Assembly: GCA_043228905.1 (NCBI GenBank)
Contig: JBHGNT010000020.1
Location: 3,658,001-3,722,000, forward strand
Length of the DNA stretch: 64,000 nt
Reading direction: 5' to 3'
Source of the DNA: Azolla caroliniana
Taxonomy: Eukaryota; Plantae; Polypodiophyta
This document shows, piece by piece, positions 39,101 to 52,918 of the stretch. A program made the position numbers and the translations under genes. How positions within the stretch are numbered: position 1 is the first letter of the stretch; the number at the start of each line of letters is the position of its first letter. The notes under the pieces were generated by a model, which ran no database searches, had not been told where the DNA came from, and was given only the letters and a program-made list of their open reading frames with translations.

Positions 39101-42100
39101 TATATGATGTATGGATATAATAAATGTATTATGGGTTATTACAGATATTATGAGTATTCTAGAACATTCTAGAGTATTATAGAACATTCTAGGATATTCC
39201 ATGATTATATTAAATATCATAAATATCTAAAATATTCTAGAACATTCTAGAATACTCCATAAGGACCTATAAATAGGTGTCTATTCATTCATCACAACTC
39301 ATTCGGTTCAACACCAGTTTGTAGCCCCTTAGCCTACTCTTTGTAATCATTGCTCTCTTATAATATAAACTCTCTTTCCATTTCTAGTGTTCTCTCTCTC
39401 TCTCTGTCTCTCTTTCTCTATACCTTCTATTGTTATCTTATCTTTCTCTCTCCTATTCTCAAGTCTCGACAGTTTGAACCGAATATCTCTCTTTTCTTCT
39501 TCTCCAACTTCTTCTTCTTATCTTAACCTTATTCAAGCAAATCTAGCATTTTTCTCTCGCAACTATGGAGTCCATCAGCAAGTAAGAATATATGTGTGTT
39601 CTCTCCGAGCTCGACATGCTAACAACCAAATTCGTGGCACTGGAGCATGAAAATCAAAGATTGTTGGGAGACCTACCACAAGTAAATGCTGAGAAAGTAC
39701 AACAATATGAAGAATTATCTCAACGGGTGCATCAATTGGAGACTACTCTATTGCAACGACAAGCGGCGGAAGTTCAAACCTCGTCCAAGGAACCCAAGAT
39801 TAGTCTACCAGCCAAGTTTGATGGTACAAGGTCTCAATTTCGGGGATTTTTAAATCAGGTACGGCTTGTGATGAAATTGCATCCTAGCCGTTACCCAACT
39901 AATGTTGCTCATGTGGGACTAGTTGGTACCTTGTTAACGGGTACCGCATTAGCGTGGTTTGCACCACTCCTAGAGAAGCACTCACCATTATTAGAGGATT
40001 TTGAAGGGTTTATTAATGAATTCCAAGCCAACTTTGGAGTCATTGATAGTATGAGGACTGCAATAAACAAAATTCGGCGATTACGACAAGGAGATCGTCC
40101 TGCTTCTACTTATGCTACAGATTTTCGCCTTCTAACATGTGATATTCCATTGGACAAGGCGGCATTAATGAACCAATTTCGTCAAGGTCTACGCAATGAT
40201 GTGAAGGATTTACTTCTTACCTTCCATGATGATCCAAAATATCTTACTATAGCAGTAAGTTGGGCCGTGCGATGTGAGAATCGCTTATTTGAGCGGCGTT
40301 CTGAGCGCCAACAAATGTTGCGCTTCCAACCAATAGAAACATATGCTTCGATGGTCACAACTCCATCCCAAGTATCAAAGTCAAGTGTGGTGGAAGGCCC
40401 TACTCCAATGGAAATCGAGACAACACGATGTCGAGGACCATTATCGGATGCTAAAAAGCAACAACGGCGAGCGAATCGTCTATGCCTCTATTGTGGTGGT
40501 CCAGGGCATATTGTTGTGAATTGTGCACATAAACCACGACGACAAGTTAACCAAGTAAGTGATCATCACAATCCCATCTCAATTTCTGCCCTGCCTTCTC
40601 GTAACCCAACTAGGCCTAGTAGTCCCTGTCATAAAAATACATTTGATGTCTTGAGCCAATTAGATGATGTGTTAAACGAGTAAGTCCGACCAAAATCGGA
40701 GCCATTTAGTTGGACAGCCCTATGCATGTAACGTCTGTCCCTAGTTGTGGTTCCATTTCATCCGATCAAGTTAGTCGAGTTTTCTCTGCACAAGTTGAGC
40801 ATAACACATCTAGGTGCCATCGAGTCCCAGCTTTTGCCCTCTTAGACTCTTGAGCCAACTCTTGTTTCATGAATCGTGAGTTTGCTTTAATGCATAATAT
40901 TCAGTTGCATAAGCTCCCAAGCCCAGTGTCTGTCGGAGTCATTGATGGATGCCCCATAGCATCAGGTGATATAGTTGAAGAGTCTGAACCAATTCGTGTA
41001 GTCCTAGGTAATTTGGCTAGTGTATCTCATTCAACATCATTAGTAGTCTAGAGCACTCCCTAGTTCTTGGTCTTCCATGGTTTGAGCTACATAACCCAAC
41101 TATTGATTGGAGAAAAAGAACCATTGAAGAGGTCACAATACAGTCTGAGTCTCTTAAAACTCCAACAAAGGATATGACATTCCAAAAGATTTCGACAATC
41201 TCTATACATCAGTTACGTGAGGAAGGACGGAAGGAAGACATGTTGGTGTTCGCAGTTTTAGCAACTCCCACATCGAGCTCACAAGAATCGGGGGTCCAAC
41301 TACCGAAGAAATATATAGAATTCTCCAATGTGTTTGATAAGGTGAAGGCCAATAGACTACCAGAGCATCGACCATATGATTGCTCGATTGATTTTCAGCC
41401 CAGAAAAGAGCCTCCATGGGGGCCAATTTATAACCTTTCGCCCACAGAGTTAGAGGTTCTTCGGGAATATATCAATGAGAACTTGGCGAATGGGTTTATC
41501 CCGCATTCAAGATCTCTTGCCGGCGCACCCATATTTTTCGTTAAGAAGAAAGATGGTTCACTTCATCTGGTTGTGGATTATCGAGGATTGAATAAAGTAA
41601 CTATTCGAAACCGATATGCTCTACCATTGATTTCAAGCCTTCTGGAACGCCTCAGTGGAGCTAAGTATTTCACAAAGCTAGATCTTCAAGGTGCTTACAG
41701 TCTTGTTCAAATTCGTCTTGGGGATGAATGGAAGACTGCTTTCTGTACTCGCTATGGCCATTTTGAGTATACAGTGATGCCATTTGGTCTCACGAATGCA
41801 CCAGCAATTTTCCAACATATGGCGAATGACATTTTTCGAGATTTCCTCGATATTTTCGTCATAATTTACCTGGATGATATCTTGATCTACTCAAAAACTC
41901 AAGAGGATCATGATATACACGTTCGACAAGCTTTGCAACGGTTGCGTGAATATGGTCTCTATTCAAAATTGGAGAAGTGCAGTTTCGACTAGCATCAAGT
42001 GGAATTTTTGGGGTACATAGTCTCTTCACATGGCATCTCTATGGATCCAGCAAAGGTTCAAACAGTTTTGGATTGGCAAACACCATAGTCTATGTGAGAT

Positions 42101-44159
42101 GTACAATGTTTTTTAGGGTTCGCAAACTTTTATCGCAAGTTCATCAAAGATATTCAAAGATCGTATTGTCCCTCACTCAACTAACACAGAAGAATCGACC
42201 ATTTGTGTGGAGTATAAATGCAAACTCTGCATTTGAAGGATTAAAGCAAGCACTTACATCCACACCAATTTTGATGCATGTTGATCCATTGAAGCACTTT
42301 ATACTCGAAGCTGATGCATCCGACTTCGCACTAGGAAGTGTATTATCCCAGATTAGCAATGATGGCCAACTGTACCCTGTGGCTTTTCATTCACGGAAAT
42401 TTGAAGCTGCAAAAATCAACTATGAGATTCATGACAAAGAGCTTCTTGCCATTGTGGATTCTTTTCAACAATGGCGTCATTTTTTGGAGGGTTCGTCACA
42501 ACAAATCATTGTCTATAATGATCACAAAAATCTAATGTACTTCCAAAGTGCTCGAGTCTTGAGTTGTCGACAAGCTCATTGGGCGCAGTTCTTAACTCGT
42601 TTTGATTTCGTAATTCTATATCACCCTGGGATGCAACAAGGAAAATCAGATGCTTTATCTTGGCATTCGTATATGGAACTTCAACCAGGAGAGGCCGCAT
42701 TTGAAAGTCAGAAGCAAATCCTCTTGGGTCCTGACCGTCTACGACTAATGGCATTTCATGCTATAGACACACCCAGGGATTCAAGTCTTCTGGACTCCAT
42801 TCGAGAGCATATTGAGATTGATGAATTCGCCCAAGATATTCTGAACCATATTATCCTAGATCGTGCCTCTTGTTCACAATCTCAAAATCCTCATCAAGAC
42901 TACAACCAGTTCAATTGGCATGATGGTTTACTTTTTCAACAAAATCTCTTATATGTGCCTGATGGTCCTTCTCGACTCCAAGTCTTACAACAATGTCCTG
43001 ACACACCAATGGTTGGACATTTCGGCATCCACAAGACTTTGGCATTAATTTCTCGAAGGTATTGGTGGCCATGACTTTGCCATTTTGTTACGGATTATGT
43101 TCGTAGTTGTGATACATGTTGTCGATCCAAAAATCCTCGATATCATCCATATGGCTTATTACAGCCAATGCCTATTCCTAAGAGTCCATGGAAATCTATT
43201 TCATTGGACTTCATTACAGATCTACCACCTTCCAAGGGTTTTGATTCTATTCTCAAGGTAGTAGATCGTTTTACCAAGATGGCACATTTTCTTCCCTGCA
43301 CAAAGGCCATTACGAGCCAAGAGACAGACGAGTTACTCATGCGAGAGGTGTTTTGGCATCATGGTTTTCCTGATGATATTATCAATTATCGGGGTCCCCA
43401 GTTCATCTCAAAATTTTGGTAGCACGTTCAAACCCTTACGTACTTCTTGCAAACTCTCTTCCGGCTACCATCCAGAAACTAACGAACAGAGTAAAAGTAC
43501 CAACCAAACAATAGAACAATATCTTCGTTGTTTTGTCAACTATCAACAAGATGATTGGGTTGATCTATTACATTTGGCGGGTTTTGCTTACAACAACTCA
43601 GAACATTCTTCTACTGGATATTCCCCATTTTTTGCAAACATTGGGTACCATCCTTGTTGGACTATGCTTGAACATCCCGAACTCCCGACAAACCCAACTA
43701 CTGAAGATCGGCTCATCCGACTCCAAGAAGTTCAAGATATCCTTTTGCACCATTTATGTGATGCTCAAAACACTCAAAAGAAGGTTTCCGACCATCATCG
43801 ATGTGATTCATCGACTACATTTCAAGTGGGAGATCGAGTATAGCTTTTACAAGGTCGCATTAAAACAACTCGACCTTGCTGCAAATTGGATTATCACCAT
43901 TTTGGCCCATATGTGATATCTGGTAAGATCAATGATATGGCATTTCGCCTTGATCTTCCCCCTCATATGCATCTTCACCCGGTCTTCCATGTTTCACTTT
44001 TGGAGCCGTACACAACCAGCTCTATTCCAGGCCGTCTTACATCTCCCCCACCTCCAATCGAAATTTCTAATGGCTCCGAATATGAAGTTGCTGCCATTCT
44101 CGACTCCAAGATCGTTCGCAACAAACTGTATTATTTGGTTGACTGGTTAGGTTATACAC

Positions 44160-44651
44160 CTAATGATCGACCGTGGGAACCTCTCAAGAATCTTGCTAAT
44201 GCCTCCGAAATGGTTGTTGCATTTCACAACAAATATCCCCATAAGCCAAGCCCGAAATCTTATCTTCTGACTCGTGGAGCTCATCGTCAAAAAGGGGGGA
44301 TAATGTCATGAAGACATACATTTTGGCCTCACAAGGATTTGAGCCCAAGACGTCTTGGTCTATATGTTAGACCTTTAACCATTATAATAACATATATGAT
44401 GTATAGTAATGATCGACCATGGGAATCTCTCGAGAATCTTGCTAATGCCTCCGAAATGGTTGTTGCGTTTCACAACAAATATCCCCATAAGCCAAGCCCG
44501 AAATCTTATCTACTGACTCATGGAACTCGTCGTCAAAAAGGGGGGATAATGTCATGAAGACATACATTTTGGCCTTACAAGGATTCGAGCCCAAGACGTC
44601 TTGGCAAGGATTCGAGCCCAAGACGTCTTGGTCTATATGTTAGACCTTTAA
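44160..44651 (+). repeat. About 246-bp tandem duplication of chromodomain end, PPT and LTR start
   Basis: LTR start TGTCATGAAGAC at 44304 and 44550; AATGATCGACC.TGGGAA at ~44162 and ~44408. Confidence 0.9.
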
Positions 44652-44941
44652 CCATTATAATAACATATATGATGTATAGATATAATAAATGTATTATATC
44701 TTGAGTTATTACAGATATTTAGAGTATTCTAGAACATTCTAGGATATTCCATGATTATATTAAATATCTAAAATATCTAAAATATTATAGAACATTCTAG
44801 AATACTCTATAAGGACCTATAAATAGGTGTCTATTCATTTGACATCATAACTCATTCGATTCAACACCAGTTTGTAGCCCGTTGGCCTACTCTTTGTAAT
44901 CCTTGCTCTCTTATAATATAAAATCTCTTTCCATTTCTAGT

Positions 44942-44998
<57 letters not shown>

Positions 44999-46859
44999 AC
45001 CTTCTATTGTCATCTTATCTTTCTCTCTCCTAGTCTCAAGTCTCGACAGTCATTTAATATGACCGAACTCCCTAGATATAAGCTAGTGCTAGATAGTACT
45101 TATCTTGAAGTCAATGGCACATACTTCAAGACTAAGTACATTGTAACTTGCCCACAAAATATTCTAGTTCGCTTGATTAGCCAATCCTAATACCTAGTTC
45201 GCTCTTTCCTAAATCCATTGTGTCCTACACATCTATGGTTTCCTAGATTAACACCTTATCGACCCATATGGTCGAGTTGCACACTAGCCGCTCCTCATTT
45301 GCGGCGCTATCACAAAATGTGCACTCTAAGAGCACATATGGGGATAGATTTATAACTTGGGGCTGATCATTGATTATATCTAACAATTAGTTCTTGAATT
45401 CAACTTATCACGGTCATCATGAAGTTGACCATATCCGCATTAAAGACACTCTTTGTCATTTCTACTATCAAGAGTCCCTCTTGTCAATGCATCATGTCAG
45501 GTTCACCCAAATTGTCGTCTAGATTATGGGTGTCCCATCAAATTGCCAAGATTTTAATCAATGAGAGATCATAGAAGTAAATGAAATATTTGGGGGAAAG
45601 AGCATGGGATTTGTTGAATAGATGCCAAAGATGATGAAATGAATAGTAAATGCTTTTGTTACTTGAATATATCAACTCATCCCACTTATTTAATGATAAC
45701 ACTTTAATCGTCTCAAAACTATCAATAATCGCTTAGCAAGAAAAAGCTCTTATGATAGGCTATTTCCCTTTCTTTAAGTTTCTTGTTACCTTTCTTCATT
45801 TTTCTTGTCATGAGAAGGTCTTCCTTTTCTCCCTCTTATGGGAAGGAGATTTGAACTTTGATGATCTCTTCCCAAGAAGAAGCTCTTTTGGTAGGTTATT
45901 CCCCTTTGTTTTTCTCTTTTGTAACCATCCTTCGTTTTCATCATCGTGAGCATGTCATCCTTTTCTCCCTCTAAATCTTTGTGATCACTATCATCATCAA
46001 ATTCTTCTTCTTCTTCTTCTTCTTCTTCAAACTCCTCACTTTCCACTCTTACCCCCTAATGTTATTGCCTACTTCTCCACTTCACTCCTTGCTTCCTTTA
46101 TTTGTTCCTAGATTTCCCCCTCTCTTCTCAAATGGTTTATATAGGATATTGACCACCTTATTGAGGTGGTTGAAATGCATATGTATAGGCTTCTTTAGAA
46201 ATTTTTAAAAGTTTCTAGAACTTTCTTTTGATAATTATAAAAATGGTAATGTTCAATTTTAGGTGAATCACTCCCTTCATATGGCCTTAGATATATAGGG
46301 TGCATACTAATCCATGATTATGAAAATGATCTTTTATATTTTTAGATCAACCATTTCTTAAAATTATAAATGTTGTCTGGATATTCAAGAGGCCACAACT
46401 AAAGTCTCTAAACATTTGGTCCTCACATTGTTCATTCAAGTGAGCCCTTATCACTAAGCCTAGGCATTGGTGGAGAATTCCACCAAATTCACAATCACCA
46501 TGCTTAATTTAAATTATTAGTGTATGGCTTAGAGTAAAGCATTTAACACTAACCTTGAGTGTATGTTGAGAGAGAGAAGAGATCAAGTCTAAAGTGGGGA
46601 AGAGCCAGATTCTATATTTCCTTTATACTCATTTACTTTTGTCATTCTCCCCTTTCACTTTATATGGGGACACGAGACGTTTTCCAAGGCTTTACTTGTT
46701 CTCTCTCACCTACTTTTTTTTTTCCAAAAAAAACTCCTTCCGTTAGTTATAAAATTTTACAAATGAGACGATTATGCACAAATCCCTGTAGGGACGCGAT
46801 AGTTCCATCCTATGTGGATGCCCACTAGCTCAAGAAAGGGAGAGGACAACCATTGTTGG

Positions 46860-47640
46860 ATGAAGGCTATTCATTGTCTTTAAACTCCATTGGAGCCGCC
46901 CTTGAGGCCATCATATCGGCTCTTTAGAGTGGCTACAATTTCACTCCATATCTCTTGCAGTAACCTTGTTGGATGTGCAGTTTGGTTGGAGAAGACTTGC
47001 CTGCATTGTTGTTTCCATAGAATCCAAAGAGTTATTGGGCTGACCAATTCCAACAGCTCTTGAGATTTTTCATTAAGAGGAGTGGAGTGGACATTGCCAC
47101 TAGAGGAGAAAAAGACCTCTTGTGCTTTTATCACCAAAGTCATCCCCTCCTCTTAATGCTCGTATCTGCCAACTGCGGTCTGCCATGATAGCCAACATAT
47201 ATTTCCCCACTAGATTGAGCCTTGCACCTGGCATAATTGCAACAAATAGCCAACCCCCGTCATATTCGATGGGACATTGGGCAGCCCCACAGATCGTGTC
47301 GTATTGATTCTACTACATGTGGGCACTTTACACAATTAGGAGAGTTAAGGTTCCCACGTTGTCATGTTCCCACCGGTAGGGACTTATGTATTAATAGCCA
47401 TTGGAACGTGGTAATTCGCCTCGCGTGTTGTTGTTTCCAGATTTTCTGCCAAAACTTGGTGATTATTGTGGGAGGAACTTCAAATGTGTGCCAGGCCTTC
47501 GCAGCAGCCGGCTCTCGGGTGGTTTGAGCAGCTAGAATGTGGCGACCCAATCTAGTTGTGAATTGGAAGAAAGGGATGGGTTTGCTTCCTTGCCCCGCAT
47601 AGGGATCACGCCATGTCCATTGCAAAGGGTCCCAACTGAC
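46860..47640 (-). mobile_element. L1-type LINE 3' fragment (zf-RVT region)
   Basis: FWQKIWK..RITTFQWLLIHKSLPVG..CVKC..ESIRHDLWGC and ITLWILWKQQCRQVF. Confidence 0.75.
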
Positions 47641-49892
47641 CTTACGTAGCCATGTGTTTTCATGAGTACATATGTGTCAATCGGGTTGTACTTTGATCGG
47701 ATCAGGATCTACAATCCATTTATGACCAGTATACGCGAGTACTCGAATTGCGTTAGCGATGCTAATGTCAATGCCAATTAACCATACAACAATTATCTAA
47801 CACCGTCATAAAAGGTTTGAAACCTAATGCCATCATCAATCAATCTCATTTTAGGATTCCTCTTGCAAAGTCTTGGGGGAAATCCCATTTTGGAAAACCC
47901 CCTTTGTTTTTTTTGTCTTTTAGCAAAATTTTGTAGAGAAAAAATGTTTTTGATCAAGATGTCTCTATATCTCACAAAGCCAACTTTCAAGCCTCTACAT
48001 CAAAATACCTTAATATGCAATTAACGCAATGTCACAATAAAGCAAAAGAATTTGGATGCAGGTACATTCATTCTAATTTGTTAAGGATTTTAGAATGCTT
48101 AACAAAAGTACAAATATTATGAGATACACATTATTAAAGCAAATAACATTATGTCATTTTCTATGCTCTCACAATGTGCACATGCTTTGCACATTGCCCT
48201 ACCCTCCTACTACCTATACTTTTGTGAAGCATGATATTTCTTTAAATGATATTTCTTTAAATGATGAATTCGTTGAGTGTGGATTGTTGGCTTGTTCATT
48301 TATTTACGCAAAAGCTATGTTTTATACCGCCCTTCCCCATTTCTCATTTTCATTCACTGTTGCTTTAAGTTTTCTTAAATTAGATTACACTTATACATTT
48401 CAATTTGAGTGCATGTGATGCATTCTAATAAAGGAGGTCTAGTTAATAAATGTTTAATGGGAAAGAGAAGAATAAAGGTGTGTACATCTGATATTTTCCC
48501 ATTTTTTATGCTTGGAATGTCGAGATGGATGTATGAATAAAAAATGTTTAATTACGTATATATACCAGAATGTTTTTGTGTATTTGATCAACCATAGCCA
48601 ATCACATGTTTTGTTATGGTATATAATTTATATATTTTCGACCAAGTCTAAATCTATGGTTTGGCATGTTAGACTTGGGGTTTTGCATGTTGGTAGTAAG
48701 GGCATGAGAATGCAAGGCTATATGTTTTGCTGAAAGCATGGAAATTCTCAAGATATATGCTTACAATAATGCCTCATTTAAGAAAATATGAACATTCTAT
48801 GATTGTTTAAATTTTATGGCTCTGAGATCCCTCTTGGTACATGTGAGCAAGATGCCACATACAAAAGTATGTGGACATGGGTTTTAGTTTGGTTGTCCAA
48901 TTCCCTTTTTGGCTTTTTAGGGGGAGATCTTGTACACTGTAGTATGTGAATTATGTGCATTGTGTACCCCACCCTCGACACTTTCTTTTCCTTGGCAAAT
49001 AACACCTGACAATGCAAGGTACAAAAGAGACTTGCGGCTCTCGAGAAATTATTCCATGATTGTTTTGGCTTTTGTTGCTGTTGGACCAGAATGCCCCTCT
49101 TATTATCGCGCAAAATATGCTTCCTCGAATTTTCAAAGTTGTTAGGAAAACTCCTCATTCTGTTTTTTAAATCTCTTACAAGACTCTCTCTCTCTCTCTT
49201 TGTGAAAACACATACTTACATTCATAAATGCTTGTGAAAAACACTACAATTGTGCCACAATTGGGTATGGCCACCACTATAAAGGCAATGGTCCATGTTC
49301 AGTCACGAACAAGCAAGATGAAAACTCCATTGCCAAGGAAAGAATTTGTACTTGCTCCATTAAAGAAATTTAGCACATTAGTACTCCTACTTTTAACTAC
49401 TGTAGATATGTGTTGACTCTGTGCTCCCGACTCATAGATCGCAACCACTATCTCTCTCTCATGGACGTTAAAAAGATCTCTCTCCTCCAAAACACGTCGA
49501 GCCGAACCATACTTTTGCATACATGTTACAAACCTAACAATGAATGCTCGACCTCTACTTATTCAAACGGAAGGATGTATGTGTCCGTTGATTGTTGTTT
49601 CGTGGACAACACAATGCAACTAATGGAAGCCTAAAGCCTAAAGCCTAAACTCTAGACTCTAGACCCTAAAATCTAAAACCCTAAATCCCTAAGGCCAGGC
49701 CCTGGGCATACATGGGGGACAAATAACGAAACAATGCAATGCAATATGAACATATGTATGTACTGTCATACATAAGAAGAGAAAGAGAAAGGTGGAAGTT
49801 GTAACTAAATAACTAAATAACTAACCAAGCAACAACCAACGGAAAAAAGGGGGTGCATAAACATGGTGGAGGTAGTTAGTTGGAGATGGGGG

Positions 49893-49896
<4 letters not shown>

Positions 49897-49950
<54 letters not shown>

Positions 49951-50256
49951 GGCTCACCTTCTCCAGAGGTACATAAACATGGTGGGGGTATTTATTATTC
50001 CTCTAACTACATACATACATACATACATACATCCATATATACTGCTACTTCTTCTACATATGTACTTCTACTATGCCTTATGCCTTCTGATCAGTGACTG
50101 ACATGATTCATGATGCAAAAGCTCCCCCCACCCCCTACTTTACCTTACCTTTTAGAAGTCTTCAATCATACATACATACATACATACATATGGGAATAGA
50201 AAAGCAGAGCAGAAAATGCTTGCTTCCCAAGGTGTGAGAGGATCAGTGGTACAGAG

Positions 50257-50297
<41 letters not shown>
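49897..50297. repeat. Microsatellite cluster ((CT)n, (TACA)n, (AC)n) upstream of the TBL gene
   Basis: Seen directly at ~49897-49947, ~50008-50031, ~50168-50190 and ~50259-50297. Confidence 0.9.
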
Positions 50298-50301
<4 letters not shown>

Positions 50302-50483
50302 CATGGCATGGCTTCTTTCACATGTTTCTCATCCGCCCAATCAATGTCTCTCTGCTGGTTGACTTCCCAGAAGACAGTATCAAGAAAGAAAGAAGATAGG
50401 AAGAAGATGATTTTGTCTTTGGGAAAACTCTAGTAGAAGCAGAACCCAACCCATCCATCCTTGGGATTCTCTTCTTGGATTTT

Positions 50484-52918
50484 ATGATGAAGCTCAAACT
50501 GCTACGTCAGGCTTTCATCGATGCATTGCCTCTTCCACAGAGTTCCTGCTCTTTCATCAGAATGGCTCTCCTTTCTTCTTCAATCATTGCTCTTCTTGCA
50601 GTCTTCCATTGCATTCTTGTCCTTCAACATTATCAATATGCTAACAGAGACTTGTCTGATGCTTCCACCACTATTTCACGTAATTTTTCCTTCCTTTCGT
50701 TACATAATTTTGCGTATGAGATATCAAGATGTTCCATAATCATGGCTTTCTCTTCTTCGATATAATATACGGTCTAGTCTGGTTTAAAAATTAAAATGAT
50801 GACTGCATGACACAGTGATGCCTATCTTTGCCTAAAGGTCTTCCAATATTACACTAGCTCAGGTATAGGCAAATCTTAAGATCTTATTAGAAGACCCCAT
50901 TTTGTATGAGGATGAAGAAGAAGAAGATTGTAATGTTGCTTTACTCTTGAGCTATGAGAGCATGACCATATTCATGTTAGAAGGTTGTGATATGGCTTTT
51001 ACCTTTTAAGCTATGGGCATGGCCATTCTTGTTAGAAGATTGTGATGTGGCTTTATATACCCTTAAGCTATGGGCATTTATGTTTCTAATATAAGGTTAC
51101 ATATTGGTAATGAGCAATGAAGGATTTGACCTATCTAAGACCAGTAATTTGCTGTCTTTTGGGTATGTTATTTACTTTGCTAAGTATTATGTTATACAAT
51201 GTGTTCAGGGAATGAATGTGAGTGGTGGAGGGGGAGATGGGTTCGGAGCGAAGAGGAGCCATTGTACACGAATGAGACGTGCCGGTTCATTCCACCGAAC
51301 CAGGACTGCATGGGGAATGGGCGGCCGGACACGGGGTACATGCGGTGGAGATGGGAGCCTCTGGGCTGTGTGTTGCCCGCGTTTGATGCCGATGCGTTCC
51401 TCGGATTGGTGCGGCACAAGAAGATGCTCTTCGTTGGCGACTCCATCTCAAGGAATCACATGCAATCCCTCCTCTGTGCCCTCTCACAGGTCCCATCTTT
51501 TCCACTCTTTTCTTGTGTATCTTTTTTGCGGGTCTTCCTAGTTGTTGTTCTTTTTTGTAAGACTTTTCATGTATCAGGGCCCTAGGAATCGGCTACGGTT
51601 GGGTTTCAGTCTTTACCAGTTTGGCCTAGTCCAAACCAAACCGGTTAACTGGTTGGGGAGGTTTCAAACTCGAACTGAAGTGGCTCCTAAACCGGTTAAG
51701 CATTGCATAAACTGCTTTCGGACTGGTTTATCCAAACCGATTAAGCCTTAACTGGTTTTGGGAACCGGCTTAGCCCAAAAGGATTCGGTTCGGCTTGAGC
51801 CATCCTAAACCGAACTCAAACTGGTTAAGGAAGCTCAAGCCTAAACCAAACTGAATCGATTTAAAAACGTTTAAAAACAGTTCAGTTTAAGCTTGAGCCG
51901 AGCCCGTGCCAACTCCTAAGATTGAGTGGGGAAGAAAGCTTTCCTGCTTTTGTTTGTTTTTTTTGCTTTTCTAGTCTTCTATGATTTGTATTTTTTTTCT
52001 TTTTTGCTATTTTTTACGCTATGTGTAAAGTTGAAGAGAACATACACTTGCTTGCCTTATATGATGGGAGATTGTTGTTTTGACAGTGTTTTTTTGAGGC
52101 TTTTCCATGTACTGAGGAAGAAAAGTCTATCTATACTACATGTTGTATAGGTTGAAGAGCCTCGGAACATATATAATGATGGGAGAGACAAGGTCTATAT
52201 ATGGAGTTTTCCTTCCCATAACTTCACATTGGGGAACTCGTGGTCGCCATTCCTTGCAAATCACACCCTCAAAGATGGAATCTACGAGATCCATCTCGAT
52301 ATGCCAGATGTAATGTGGGCATCCATATTATCCGATTATGACATCGCTATATTCTCAACTGCATATTGGTACTTTCGGCCTAGCATATACTATATGGACA
52401 ACAAGATCCTGGGTGCGAATGATATATCTAGATTAAATCTCACGAAAGTTAGGATTCTTCCGCGGATCAAGCGTGTTTGGGAGACTGTTTTAAACCACAT
52501 TTTGGATAACTATGATGGAATAGCCATTCTGCGGACGGTCACGGTGCCTCATTTTGAAGATGGTCGATGGGATGATGGCGGGGTTTGTAATAGAACTAAG
52601 CCTGAATCTGATCCTCATTTTCAAGTGACTTTGCCATGGACAAGCAATGAGATGTATACTTCCCAGAAGGAAGAGTTTGCAAAAGCGCTGGAATGGAAGC
52701 ATCAGAGAAAACCGACGTTGTTGAGGTTGAAACTTATGGATGTGACTTATAGTTCTCTCCTCAGACCTGATGGTCACCCAGGTCATTATAGGGTTCAAAA
52801 TCCAAATGAGCCTAGAAATGATTGTTTGCATTGGTGTTTACCAGGGCCTATTGATATGTGGAATCAGCTTCTCATGGAAACCATCAAACCACACCTACAT
52901 GAACCCTCGCGATTGTAG
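50484..52918 (+). CDS. TBL: Trichome birefringence-like (TBL/PC-esterase) polysaccharide O-acetyltransferase; exons 50484-50679, 51209-51489, 52151-52918 (~414 aa)
   Basis: N-terminal hydrophobic anchor; PMR5N Cys motif ([26 protein letters not shown]); FVGDS; RPDGHP; DCLHWCLPG; GT/AG phases give a continuous frame. Exon 1 is less certain. Confidence 0.9.
51583..51918. mobile_element. Probable hAT-like MITE in TBL intron 2
   Basis: Imperfect ends TAGGAATCGGC / GCCAACTCCTA and many AACCG/CGGTT motifs; no TSD seen. Confidence 0.45.

Larger units (their letters stand above)
39013..45048 (+). mobile_element. Chromovirus (Tcn1-like Gypsy): LTRs 39013-39471 and 44550-45048; gag ~39566-40683; pol to ~44300 with chromodomain; disrupted
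   Basis: TSD GTCAT (39008-39012 and 45049-45053); gag CLYCGGPGH; RT YLDD; RH EADASDFALG; IN; chromodomain YEVAAILDSK..YYLVDWLGY..WEP; PPT AAAAGGGGGGATAA. Confidence 0.95.
17206..45385 (-). mobile_element. Full Copia element (3' LTR 17206-17842; 5' LTR 38720-39012 plus 45054-45385) hosting nested insertions
   Basis: TSD ATTAG (17201-17205 and 45386-45390); PBS TGGTATCAAAGC (38708-38719 reverse); PPT next to 17843; matching LTR sequences. Confidence 0.93.

Noticed and set aside
47790-49640. Short ORFs upstream of the TBL gene
   Set aside because: No recognisable domain or consistent exon chain; left unannotated.
50838-50862. Possible 25-nt mini-exon in TBL intron 1
   Set aside because: It would shift the frame; direct splicing from 50679 to 51209 is already in phase.
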